Under the pieces are notes generated by a model. It saw only the letters and a list, made by a program, of their open reading frames with translations, was not told where the DNA came from and searched no databases. The translations under genes and the position numbers were made by a program. This document shows positions 24,570 to 33,941 of a stretch of DNA of 64,000 nt, piece by piece (position 1 is the first letter of the stretch; each line of letters begins with the position of its first letter). The stretch comes from Candidatus Saccharimonadota bacterium (GTDB lineage: Bacteria > Patescibacteriota > Saccharimonadia > Saccharimonadales > SZUA-47): the NCBI GenBank assembly GCA_016700315.1, contig CP065013.1, positions 65,449 through 129,448 of the forward strand, given 5' to 3'.

Positions 24570-27194
24570 TTACTTCCGACGACGGTTTTTGGCCTTATTT
24601 TTGCGTTCTTTTTTGCGTGATTGTTGCTTCTTCTTATGACTTAGGCTTGGCCTTGTAGCTGCATGCTTAGCTTTATCCGATCCCAAGAAATCTTCCTCGG
24701 AATAATTATCCTCGATTTCAACAACTACGTCGCTGCCTTCAACCGAACTACGAGCAGCTCGAGTCAGTTCGGTTTCGACCGGCCTATCAAGCGCATCTTC
24801 TTCGATCGGCTCGGCGTGGAAAAGCGTGCGCAGAGTATCATGCCTGAGATCTTGCTGCATCGTCTCAAACAAATGCTGAGCTTGACGGCGATATTCAACC
24901 AGCGGGTCACGCTGGCCAATACCAACCCAACCTATACCTTCGCGCAAGTGCTCCATGTTTTCTAGGTGTTGCATCCAAAGATTATCCAAAATCTGCAAAT
25001 AAACATCGCGCTCCACTTTTCGCAGAACTTCTGCGCCGAAGCGAGTCTCTTGAGTTGAGTATTGTTTTAGCGCAGCCTCTTCGAGTGACTTCTCGAATTT
25101 GTGAGTATCTGAATCAAAAAGTTTATCTAAAGTCTTCTCGCTAAGCGGGAAAACTTCCTTGACCATTGGCTCAAAATTGTCAGTGATGCTTTCTGGGCTG
25201 CGAGAAAGCTGACGCGCTTCATCGTTGATGAATACTTTTATGCGTCCATGAATGTCGGCCTCGTGCAAGATTTGTTTGCGCATTATGTATGTTGCCTTAC
25301 GGTGTCTGTTCATGACGTCGTCGTATTGAACAACATTTTTACGAGTATCGAAGTTAAAACCTTCGACCTTTTTCTGCGCGCCTTCTAGACTCTTGCTTAC
25401 GAAGCGGTTCTGAAGCGGCATCGAGTCGTCAATTTTTAGTCTGCCCATGACGGCCTGTATCTTCTCGCCACCGAAAATTCGCATTAGGTCGTCTTCGGTA
25501 CTAACGAAGAACTGACTTGTACCTGGGTCGCCCTGACGACCACCACGACCACGCAGCTGGTTATCGATACGTCTGGATTCGTGGCGTTCACTTCCGATCA
25601 CAGCCAAACCGCCGACTTCTTTCACCCCTTCTCCAAGCATAATGTCGGTGCCACGACCAGCAATGTTGGTAGCAAGCGTAACCGCACCTTTTTGGCCAGC
25701 CTGCATAATTATCTTGGCTTCACTTTCGTTGTTCTTGGCGTTTAAGACTTGGTGGGGTACGCCAGCTTTTTTGAGCAAGCGGCTTAACACTTCGTTTTTT
25801 TCGATTGAAACGGTACCAATTAGGACGGGCCGGCCTTCGGCATGAAGAACTTTTACTTCGTCGATTATGGCGTTAAACTTGCCCATTTCGGTCTTGTAAA
25901 TCTTGTCGGCTCGATCATCACGAACTACCTTGCGGTTTGGCGGAATCTGGACGACATCGAGTTTGTATATCTGGTGAAACTCTTCTGCCTCAGTTTCGGC
26001 TGTTCCGGTCATACCAGCTAGCTTGTTGTAGAGACGGAAATAGTTTTGGAAAGAAATTGTCGCAAGCGTCATTGATTCTTCCTGAACTTCGACGCCTTCT
26101 TTGGCCTCGATAGCTTGGTGCAAACCTTCGTTGTAGCGCCGACCTTTGAGTAGACGTCCAGTGAATTCGTCAACGATTACCACCTCGCCGTCGTTAGTGA
26201 CAACGTAGTCTTTGTCGCGCTTGAAGAGCGCCTGGGCTTTTAGAGCTTGGTTGAGGTGATAGATGTTGCGGATATTATCTGTACCGTAGAGGTTCTTGAT
26301 GCCGAGAGCTTTCTCAACTTGATCAATACCTTCGTCGGTCAAAGCAGTTTCTTTGCGTTTTTCGTCAACTTCGTAATGCTTATCGCGCTTGAGCTGGCGG
26401 ATAATTTTGGCAAATTGCGCATAAGAACTACCGCTTGTGGTGGCTGGCGCCGAGATGATCAACGGCGTTCTGGCCTCATCAATCAAGATTGAGTCAACTT
26501 CGTCGACAATAGCATAGTTTAGATCACGTTGGCGCAGCTGATCGACTTCGCGCACCATGTTGTCACGAAGATAATCAAAACCAAACTCATTGTTTGTTCC
26601 ATAAGTAATATCAGCGGCATATGCCTCTTGTCGAGTACAAGGCATTAGATGGCGGAAGCGTGGGTCATCGTGATCTTTGTTGTCAAAGGTCGGATCAAAA
26701 ATATACGACAAATCGGCCATAATAACAGCACAAGAAAGTCCCAAAAAGTTATAAATTTCCCCCATCCAGCCAGCATGCAGCTGAGCCAAATAATCGTTGA
26801 CGGTAACAAGATGCGCGCCCTTACCTTCTAGAGCGTTCAGATAAAGCGGCAGTGTTGCCACAAGGGTTTTTCCTTCACCGGTCTTCATTTCGGCAATCTT
26901 ACCCTCATGTAGCGTCATACCGCCGATCAGCTGAACATCGAAGTGGCGTTGTCCGATTGTTCGGCTAGCCGCTTCACGGACTAGCGCAAAAGCGTCATTA
27001 AGCACGATGTCAAGCGGGTTCTTCTTCTCGTTTTTGATACGATCCTTCAGAATAGCTGTTTGCGCAGCTAGCTCTTTATCGCTCATTTTTTTGTATTTAT
27101 CTTCGAGAGCATTAATCTGCACAACACGCTTTTTATAGCGTTTCAAAGTCTTTGCTTGAGGATCACCAAGCGCACGCTTCAAAAATTTTTTCAT
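24570..27194 (-). CDS. secA: preprotein translocase ATPase SecA
   Basis: 874 aa. MKTGEGKTLVATLP is the Walker A motif. DEVDSILIDEARTPLIIS and TNIAGRGTDI are also present. The C-terminal tail is Lys/Arg-rich. Confidence 0.95.
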   Translation of the reverse strand: MKKFLKRALGDPQAKTLKRYKKRVVQINALEDKYKKMSDKELAAQTAILKDRIKNEKKNPLDIVLNDAFALVREAASRTIGQRHFDVQLIGGMTLHEGKIAEMKTGEGKTLVATLPLYLNALEGKGAHLVTVNDYLAQLHAGWMGEIYNFLGLSCAVIMADLSYIFDPTFDNKDHDDPRFRHLMPCTRQEAYAADITYGTNNEFGFDYLRDNMVREVDQLRQRDLNYAIVDEVDSILIDEARTPLIISAPATTSGSSYAQFAKIIRQLKRDKHYEVDEKRKETALTDEGIDQVEKALGIKNLYGTDNIRNIYHLNQALKAQALFKRDKDYVVTNDGEVVIVDEFTGRLLKGRRYNEGLHQAIEAKEGVEVQEESMTLATISFQNYFRLYNKLAGMTGTAETEAEEFHQIYKLDVVQIPPNRKVVRDDRADKIYKTEMGKFNAIIDEVKVLHAEGRPVLIGTVSIEKNEVLSRLLKKAGVPHQVLNAKNNESEAKIIMQAGQKGAVTLATNIAGRGTDIMLGEGVKEVGGLAVIGSERHESRRIDNQLRGRGGRQGDPGTSQFFVSTEDDLMRIFGGEKIQAVMGRLKIDDSMPLQNRFVSKSLEGAQKKVEGFNFDTRKNVVQYDDVMNRHRKATYIMRKQILHEADIHGRIKVFINDEARQLSRSPESITDNFEPMVKEVFPLSEKTLDKLFDSDTHKFEKSLEEAALKQYSTQETRFGAEVLRKVERDVYLQILDNLWMQHLENMEHLREGIGWVGIGQRDPLVEYRRQAQHLFETMQQDLRHDTLRTLFHAEPIEEDALDRPVETELTRAARSSVEGSDVVVEIEDNYSEEDFLGSDKAKHAATRPSLSHKKKQQSRKKERKNKAKNRRRK

Positions 27195-27317
27195 TCTGTA
27201 ATAATTACCCTTCTATTTTTGGGCTGTTTCCACCATACACTAACGCCCGTTTATAGGAGTAATTATAACACGACCTTCGCTAGTTTTGAGCTAAAAAACT
27301 TGAAAATAATAAATAAC

Positions 27318-27695
27318 CTAGCGTTTTGGTAAAATCTTGCCTAGGGCAGCACGCACTCTGTTCTGCTTACGGCCTTGATGACGCATAACTTTTGTCTCTT
27401 TGTACTTGCTTAGCTGTGTCTTTAGTTTGGCATGGACAATGTCAAATGCAGCATACATATTGGTTGCGGTCTCAGTTACAGTAATCGTTTCGTTTGGTAA
27501 CTTAAAAATCACTTCGCAAGTTAATTTGCGCTTATCTTTGCTCGGGGTTTGCTTGAGTTTAACGCTGGCGTGCATCGCTTCGCGGTTGCGGCGGCCGCCG
27601 TATTTGAAAAGTTTAGAAAGTTTTTTGTCGATATACTTTTTGATATCTTCGTCAGCCTCAAAATGCACTCCATCTATGTCAATTTGTTTGTTCAT
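27318..27695 (-). CDS. hpf: ribosome hibernation promoting factor / RaiA family
   Basis: 125 aa. DEDIKKYIDKKLSKL ... TETATNMYAAFDIVHAKLKTQLSKYKE matches the YfiA/HPF pattern. Confidence 0.8.
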   Translation of the reverse strand: MNKQIDIDGVHFEADEDIKKYIDKKLSKLFKYGGRRNREAMHASVKLKQTPSKDKRKLTCEVIFKLPNETITVTETATNMYAAFDIVHAKLKTQLSKYKETKVMRHQGRKQNRVRAALGKILPKR

Positions 27696-27696
27696 T

Positions 27697-29004
27697 TTAT
27701 AGAACTTCCCTTCCGCCCATATAGGGCCTTAATACTTCTGGCACGATTAATTTGCCGTCAGAGGTTTGATAATTTTCGATAATTGCCACTAGGGGACGCA
27801 TGGATAAGGCCGTAGCATCGTTAGTATAAACAAGCTCAGTTTCACCACTACTACGCCGCACTTTGGTCTGGAGGCGGCGGGCCTGATAGTCTGTCATGTA
27901 ATCGGCGGTATGGGTTTCGCGGTATTTATTTTGGGTTGGAATCCAGGCCTCTATGTCGACAGCTTTAGCATCAGGCTTGCCTATGTCGAAAGTACACTTT
28001 TCTAATATGTGATAAGGCAGGTTAAGTTGCTGCATCAGGTATTCTTGAATGGCTACCATAAATAAGTGTTCGCTTAACCCATCTTCAGCTACCGTTAAAG
28101 ATTCCATTTCCAGCTTATCGAATTGATGCATACGGATTATGCCCTCCATATCCTTGCCGTAGGTCCCTGCTTCGCGCCTAAAACTTGTGGCATAACCTAG
28201 GTAGCGAATTGGCAGGTCTGCCTCGGCAAGAATTTCGTCGGCGTGCATACTACCAAGCACGTGTTCGGCGCTGCCCTGCAGCCACAGCTCATCACCTTCA
28301 ATTTTGTAGCGTTCTTCTTGTGGCTCTAGTCGATCCATCTTGTCGTAGATTTCGGTTTTTAAAAGGTGCGGCGGCAACACCAAAGTAAATGGCTTACTAC
28401 TCACTTTAAGGCTTGCACTTTCTGCGATACTGCTAAGTTGAGTTTCATCGGTTAAGATGTCGCTAGCAAACTGCAAAAGTGCCCAGTGAAGTTTTACTAA
28501 ATCGCCCTTAATATAAGCAAATCGTGCACCCGTAACTTTGGCAGCGCGCTCTTTGTCAAGCCAGCCTCTATTTTCGGCAAAAACTGCGTGATTCAACGGT
28601 TGAAAATCGAACTGTCTTTTTTGCCCCCAAACTTTTACCTCAAGATTCTCGTCTTCGCTTGCGCCAACCGGCACTGAATCGAGCGGCATGTTTGGTACCT
28701 GCTTTAAAAGCTGCGTTAGATTTTGCTCGATGCTGTTTAAATAATTCTCCTTTTCTGCAAGCTCGATCTTAAGATTTTTGCCCTCTTCTATTAAGGCTTG
28801 GTCTGGCTTACCACCGCCAACCGACTGCTTCATTCGTTCGGTTAGTTCGTTGCGCTTTGCGCGAAGCGCCTCAACAACTTGCAACAACTCACGACGTGAT
28901 TTATCAAGCTCTAAGATTTTCGGCACATCAACTTCGTAGCCTTTTTGCTTTGATTTTTCAGCAACAAGATCGGGATTATCCCTGAGTATTTGTATATCAA
29001 TCAT
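27697..29004 (-). CDS. serS: serine--tRNA ligase
   Basis: 435 aa with an N-terminal coiled-coil arm and class II motifs (FRREAG, RMHQFDKLE, TNDATALS). Confidence 0.9.
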   Translation of the reverse strand: MIDIQILRDNPDLVAEKSKQKGYEVDVPKILELDKSRRELLQVVEALRAKRNELTERMKQSVGGGKPDQALIEEGKNLKIELAEKENYLNSIEQNLTQLLKQVPNMPLDSVPVGASEDENLEVKVWGQKRQFDFQPLNHAVFAENRGWLDKERAAKVTGARFAYIKGDLVKLHWALLQFASDILTDETQLSSIAESASLKVSSKPFTLVLPPHLLKTEIYDKMDRLEPQEERYKIEGDELWLQGSAEHVLGSMHADEILAEADLPIRYLGYATSFRREAGTYGKDMEGIIRMHQFDKLEMESLTVAEDGLSEHLFMVAIQEYLMQQLNLPYHILEKCTFDIGKPDAKAVDIEAWIPTQNKYRETHTADYMTDYQARRLQTKVRRSSGETELVYTNDATALSMRPLVAIIENYQTSDGKLIVPEVLRPYMGGREVL

Positions 29005-29073
29005 CTATAATTATTATACAACTAACAGTCTACAGTCTACAGCTTTTAGTTATTATTTTTTGCTTTTTAGGAT

Positions 29074-29862
29074 TTATGATATAGATTTTAGTGCTTTTAG
29101 AGTTAGCTCTGTTCTGGCTTTGGCATAAGCACAGAATTCGCAAGGACCGCCCATGGCAGCCGTACCCACCTCTGGCATTTTGTCGTTATCAAGACAATTT
29201 TTCATGGCAACAAGCGTATCGCCCACCCAGTCGCTCTTGCCTTTATGCGGGAAAACATGAGTCTCGAACTCAACAACATTGTTAAAGCCGGCACGATCAG
29301 TCGTTCCGGTAGCATAAACAAAGTAACCAGTATCGCTGACGTCGAAGCCATTGGCTCGTAGTAACCATTGATAAATCTCCATCTGCCGGCGGTACATGTC
29401 TTGCCAGCCGCCTTCAGCGCCTAGTTCTTTAACGGGCTTATCTTTGGCAGTAGCTTTGTAGTCAACGACCATCAGTTTGCCGGCATCATCCACCCAGATG
29501 TCGTCTACTGCGCCAAAAACGTGTAAGTTCGTAGGTTCGTGCAGAGTCGCAACCCCAACAAAATTCTCTCGCCAAGTATCGAGATCTTTGTGAGCATAAG
29601 GCACCGCTCTTACTTTGTGTTCAAGCATCAAAGGATGCGGCTCAGCTTTGGCCCGATACATATCAAACTCTTTCTTAAAAAGTTCGTCGATGGCTTTATT
29701 GATATTGAACGGCGGGCTACTGGGCCGTTTAATCTTAAGCCGGGCGTCTAGCCAAAAACAACGTGGGCACTGCATGAAAAGTTCGATCTTACTACGGCTT
29801 ACTTTAAACGGCTCTTTCTGCCCTGACTGATACGGTTTTGATCTCTCCCTCATGTAACTCAT
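29074..29862 (-). CDS. PD-(D/E)XK (RecB/Cas4-like) nuclease family protein with terminal Cys pairs
   Basis: 262 aa with QCPRC near the N-terminus, VVDYKA (D-x-K core), QMEIYQWLL (QxxxY) and a C-terminal CEFC. Confidence 0.65.
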   Translation of the reverse strand: MSYMRERSKPYQSGQKEPFKVSRSKIELFMQCPRCFWLDARLKIKRPSSPPFNINKAIDELFKKEFDMYRAKAEPHPLMLEHKVRAVPYAHKDLDTWRENFVGVATLHEPTNLHVFGAVDDIWVDDAGKLMVVDYKATAKDKPVKELGAEGGWQDMYRRQMEIYQWLLRANGFDVSDTGYFVYATGTTDRAGFNNVVEFETHVFPHKGKSDWVGDTLVAMKNCLDNDKMPEVGTAAMGGPCEFCAYAKARTELTLKALKSIS

Positions 29863-29921
29863 GTACTTAGGTTATAGGTTTTAGGTTAGAGGGTCTAGGG
29901 TTAAAGTTACAACTAGGATGA

Positions 29922-30356
29922 TTATTTAATGTTTGGCCTAGCTTTTTGCTTCTCATTTAAGTGAGAAACAATCGGACCAACTATTGCTACTAAAACTGCC
30001 GAGCCTAGCGGAAAAACTAATAAGCTTTTTCTAAAACGTGCGTCGTTTGTGGCATCCTGTTTTTCAGCAATTCGCGTCAGGTCTTCTTTTGTCGGTACAA
30101 CATAAGTAACTCTTTTGGATGTATTGGAGTTTTCATGAGTATAGACTTCAGTCCTGGTTATTAGGACAGACAAGGCTGCGCACGAATCGGGTAGTTCGGA
30201 AATTTTAGTTCCTGGAGTTGGTAAGGCTTGTACGCATTTGTCGACCTTTGGGGAATGCTCAGGTCCTTCAGTAAGACCTATTGCCAAAGGCACCATACCC
30301 CCCATGCCGGCCCCTAAAGCTCCATAAGCTAACATTTGTTTAATCAGTTTAGTCAT
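29922..30356 (-). CDS. hypothetical membrane protein
   Basis: 144 aa with hydrophobic N- and C-terminal segments. No recognised family. Confidence 0.45.
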   Translation of the reverse strand: MTKLIKQMLAYGALGAGMGGMVPLAIGLTEGPEHSPKVDKCVQALPTPGTKISELPDSCAALSVLITRTEVYTHENSNTSKRVTYVVPTKEDLTRIAEKQDATNDARFRKSLLVFPLGSAVLVAIVGPIVSHLNEKQKARPNIK

Positions 30357-30392
30357 GACTTTATACTCCTATAGATTTGAATGCTATTGAAG

Positions 30393-31088
30393 TTATTTAT
30401 ACCACGTTAGGCTGCTAACTGCAACAATTGAGGCGGTTTCGGCGCGGAGGGTGAATTGACCGAGATTAAGTTTTTCACAATTGGCTGCCAATAGCTCTTT
30501 TTCTTCTTCGGTCCAGCCGCCCTCAGGACCGATGAAAACCCCTACGGCGCTTGGTAGATGGGATGTAGTAGATAGTAGATGGTCTGATTGCTCGGCAAAA
30601 TATAAATCAATTTTACCTTCAAATTCTTTGAGAGCTGTTTCGAGATGAATTGGCTCACGCACGCGCGGGACGTCGGAGCGTCCGCACTGCTCTGCCGCCT
30701 CGACAACTATTTTTGCTGCTCGCTCAAGGTTGAAGCCGGTCTTCTCGGTTCTTGAACTAAGTATGGGCACAAAATGTCGCACACCAAGCTCGGTGCACTT
30801 CTGGAGTACCCAATCATTTTTGTCTTTTTTGAGCAAAGAAAAAAGCAGATACAAATCACGTTCTGGTATACGCCTTTCAAGCTCAGTAACCAACTTTAGC
30901 TGCACAGCCCCATTACCAATCCTTGTAAGTTCGTATAGTCTGTCTTCTCGCTCTCCGTCAAACAGCACGAGTTGAGATCCTGTCTGATATCTTAGGACGC
31001 TAAGCCATTGCCTGAGTAAGTTTTTGTCATCTACCCAGATCGACTCGCCAAGTTCAGTATCTTTAACAAAAAAACGGTGTTGTTTCAT
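30393..31088 (-). CDS. rsmE: 16S rRNA (uracil1498-N3)-methyltransferase
   Basis: 231 aa. MKQHRFFV ... KKDKNDWVLQKCTELGV ... IGPEGGWTEEE ... TLRAETA matches the RsmE pattern. Confidence 0.8.
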   Translation of the reverse strand: MKQHRFFVKDTELGESIWVDDKNLLRQWLSVLRYQTGSQLVLFDGEREDRLYELTRIGNGAVQLKLVTELERRIPERDLYLLFSLLKKDKNDWVLQKCTELGVRHFVPILSSRTEKTGFNLERAAKIVVEAAEQCGRSDVPRVREPIHLETALKEFEGKIDLYFAEQSDHLLSTTSHLPSAVGVFIGPEGGWTEEEKELLAANCEKLNLGQFTLRAETASIVAVSSLTWYK

Positions 31089-31960
31089 TTTGCTACTCCA
31101 TTTTCCACTTTATATTTATTGAGAAGCTGGTTGTATGCGACCTGCAGTTCTGAGCATTTTGTTTGTTGATTAGCGAATGTAGTAACCAAACTTTCACGCT
31201 CATTTTTTAATTGACTGTATGCAACTTGGTCTCCACTCACGAAGGCTTTATCTATCTGTTGATTTGTTAGCTGCAACTGAGTACTAACTTGAGTAAAGTC
31301 ACTTTGACATGATTCGTAGGAGTTTCTCGCTTCTTTGATCTTGGAGAGTGCATCATCATTTAAAACTGCCGACGAAACTACGCCGGTTTTTTCGCCACGA
31401 TACCGCGCTAGAATTCCGTAAGTCCCAAAACCCACTACCAATACAGCCATAGCATAACAGGTAAAAAGAATCCTGGTTTCCAAAAAAGTTGTTTTTGGTT
31501 TTGCGCGCAAACTTAAACGATCATAAAATGCGCGTGAAAAACGCAAAGTCGCAATCAACATCAGCGGCAGAACTGCTAAGTAGATATTGCTGTTAGTGTA
31601 AAGATAAATTAAAACGGCCACCGCACTCGATACAGCTGTCACTAAACCATTTTGGCGCAGACTCTTATTGGTATCTTCCAGCAGCTGCTCTCTGGTTCTA
31701 TGATCGCTGGCCATTTCTGTGAAAAAAATCGATTCGTCCGGCGCCGGGCTATATTTGGCGCGGTGTATCTCGTCGTACAGTGCTCTGGCTCTCTCGTCTT
31801 TCAGAGTTTCGTAGGCTTCATTGATTTTGTGCATACGCTGCTCTTGGCCACCACGATCAGGATGATGTTCTTTGGCGCGATTTAAGTAGGCCTTTCTGAT
31901 TTCGGCCGAACTCGCTGATTTCTTCAGCCCTAAAACTTTGTAGTAATCAACGAACTTCAT
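31085..31960 (-). CDS. J-domain (DnaJ-like) membrane protein
   Basis: The N-terminal J domain reads YYKVLGLKKSASSAEIRKAYLNRAKEHHPDRGG. It is followed by TM helices and a C-terminal coiled coil. Confidence 0.7.
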   Translation of the reverse strand: MKFVDYYKVLGLKKSASSAEIRKAYLNRAKEHHPDRGGQEQRMHKINEAYETLKDERARALYDEIHRAKYSPAPDESIFFTEMASDHRTREQLLEDTNKSLRQNGLVTAVSSAVAVLIYLYTNSNIYLAVLPLMLIATLRFSRAFYDRLSLRAKPKTTFLETRILFTCYAMAVLVVGFGTYGILARYRGEKTGVVSSAVLNDDALSKIKEARNSYESCQSDFTQVSTQLQLTNQQIDKAFVSGDQVAYSQLKNERESLVTTFANQQTKCSELQVAYNQLLNKYKVENGVAK

Positions 31961-31998
31961 CTATATAACTCTAGCTTAAATTATTGCTTTCTCAGAAC

Positions 31999-32379
31999 TT
32001 AAACTTCTATGACATTTATTTTTTTGCCATAGAGCTTCTTTATTTGTCTGTCGGCAGTAACAAAATTTTCCACATTATTATCAAGCGCGCACGCTACTTG
32101 CAATGCATCTTCTAGATCGTTTTCAGCAGCAATATCGAATGCAAGCTCTACTGTATTGCCATTAACATTACAGATATGGTAGCTACCCATGGCTTTCCTA
32201 AATACATGATTCGGAATCTTTGAGTCTTTATTGATTATGTAATATACCGTATCAATTATCGAAGGGTTAATGAATAAATCGTAGTCTTTTAGTAGTTTTT
32301 GGATTTTCTCTGCCCTAGATCTTTGAATGATAATATCTATAATGATATTAATATCCAAAAAAGCTTGTTGCGCCGCCAC
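31999..32379 (-). CDS. PIN-domain (VapC-like) toxin
   Basis: 126 aa. It has FLDINIIIDII at the N-terminus and an acidic DLEDALQVACA...FVTADRQ at the C-terminus. Its GTG start overlaps the antitoxin stop. Confidence 0.7.
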   Translation of the reverse strand: MAAQQAFLDINIIIDIIIQRSRAEKIQKLLKDYDLFINPSIIDTVYYIINKDSKIPNHVFRKAMGSYHICNVNGNTVELAFDIAAENDLEDALQVACALDNNVENFVTADRQIKKLYGKKINVIEV

Positions 32380-32660
32380 TACAAATTACCCAGATACCTA
32401 TGGTCCTTATATTCTTCTTTGATTTTCTCTCGGTATTCTAAATCGTCAAGTTTGCCCCTAGTCTGGCTCGAAAGATAGTTAGATACTTCGCTATTAGCAG
32501 CAAACACACGAGATGCATTTGATTGTTTGGGAGTTTGGACCGGCCCGATTTGAGCCTGAAATTTATTTTTGTAAGTTATGCGTACAGTTTCACCACGACT
32601 TGCCCTTGCTAAAATAGATTTTAGATCTTCGCGAAGTTCTAATGCTGTAATTGTTTTCAT
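32379..32660 (-). CDS. Phd/YefM-like antitoxin
   Basis: 93 aa. The N-terminus is MKTITALELREDLKSILARASRGETVRITYKNK. It lies directly upstream of the PIN gene. Confidence 0.6.
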   Translation of the reverse strand: MKTITALELREDLKSILARASRGETVRITYKNKFQAQIGPVQTPKQSNASRVFAANSEVSNYLSSQTRGKLDDLEYREKIKEEYKDHRYLGNL

Positions 32661-32681
32661 AGTTGAAGTTTAACATGAAGT

Positions 32682-33938
32682 TTAACTTAAAGTCAAGCTG
32701 ATAAGTGTTTCGATATGTGGAGTGCGTGGAAAAAAGTTGTAGGCATCGAAGTTTTGGATTTTGTAACCGCCGTCAACGAGTAGCCGCACATCCCTGGCCT
32801 GAGTAGCTGGATTACAAGAAAGGTAAACAATTTGCGCCGGTTTCTCGTTGATAATTTTTGCGACAACATCCTTGTGCAGACCCGACCGAGGTGGATCAAC
32901 TATAATTACCGAGTCTTTTGTTATGTAGCGAAGCGCTTTTTCGGTACTGGCTTCAACTACTTCGATTGGTTGTTTACTGACATTTTCGCGAGCCATTTTT
33001 GCATTTACTGGGTCGAGTTCGACCAGAACTTTGGTGCCGCCAATAGGTATGCCGATCGAGCCGACACCTGAGTACATATCAACTTTATTGGTTGCTCCGC
33101 TAGTTAAATGGTCGATTCGTTTAAGCGCCAGTTCAAAAATTGGTAAGTTAACCTGGAAAAACGATAACACGTCATAGCTTAGCGCGCAGCCCAGTAACCG
33201 ATCGCTCAAGATTGTTGAACCGTTCTGATAAATCTTCTCGGTTGTAATCGATGCTGGGCTTTTGGGATCACTGTAGTAGACAACAAGGTTATCTAGTTTG
33301 AGCTTGGGAAAAGTTTTGGTTTTGACGAATAGAGCTAGTGCCACTTTTGCGTTTTTGGAAGCCGTTTCGCTGCGTATAATAACCGACTTTAGACTGCCCG
33401 CTCTAATTTTTTGATCATTTAACTCTTGTAAAAGGGCTTTAGCTTGGTCAGACATATTCTGGTAAATAAGATCATTGTACGGCAGTTCTAAGAATATTTT
33501 GCGGTGAGTTGCTCGCAAGTAATGCGCAAAATGAAGCCCGGCTTCGTCACCCCAAAACGAGAATTCAACCTTGTTTCGATAGTGATTAACCGGACCAGTG
33601 CTTTGCACCTCAAAATCTGGCAAGATAACTGACTCACGCTCAAATATCTCTGTGACTATCGACCTTTTGGCGGACAGTTCTGCCTCATAGCTCATTATTT
33701 TAAGCGGCTGGGTTGATAGCTCGATGTCCTCTCGACCTAGCTCACTTATGCGATCTGGGCTTGGCTTGATTATCTTGGTAGCAAAACCTTCGGCGTGTGT
33801 CTTTTTGGATTTGCTAATCTCAACTTCTACTTCTTCACCCGGCAGCGCATTCCATGCAAAAATCTTACGGCCGTCAGGAAGCGTGCCTAACCCCTGCCCA
33901 CCATGAACCAGCTTCTCAATTGTAACGAACTCGGTCAT
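32682..33938 (-). CDS. TRAM-domain RNA (uracil-5)-methyltransferase, RlmD/TrmA family
   Basis: 418 aa. The N-terminal TRAM-like barrel reads IEKLVHGGQGLG...VEVEI. The C-terminal MTase has DMYSGVGSIG, DPPRSG and YLSCNPAT. Confidence 0.8.
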   Translation of the reverse strand: MTEFVTIEKLVHGGQGLGTLPDGRKIFAWNALPGEEVEVEISKSKKTHAEGFATKIIKPSPDRISELGREDIELSTQPLKIMSYEAELSAKRSIVTEIFERESVILPDFEVQSTGPVNHYRNKVEFSFWGDEAGLHFAHYLRATHRKIFLELPYNDLIYQNMSDQAKALLQELNDQKIRAGSLKSVIIRSETASKNAKVALALFVKTKTFPKLKLDNLVVYYSDPKSPASITTEKIYQNGSTILSDRLLGCALSYDVLSFFQVNLPIFELALKRIDHLTSGATNKVDMYSGVGSIGIPIGGTKVLVELDPVNAKMARENVSKQPIEVVEASTEKALRYITKDSVIIVDPPRSGLHKDVVAKIINEKPAQIVYLSCNPATQARDVRLLVDGGYKIQNFDAYNFFPRTPHIETLISLTLS

Positions 33939-33941
33939 TTA

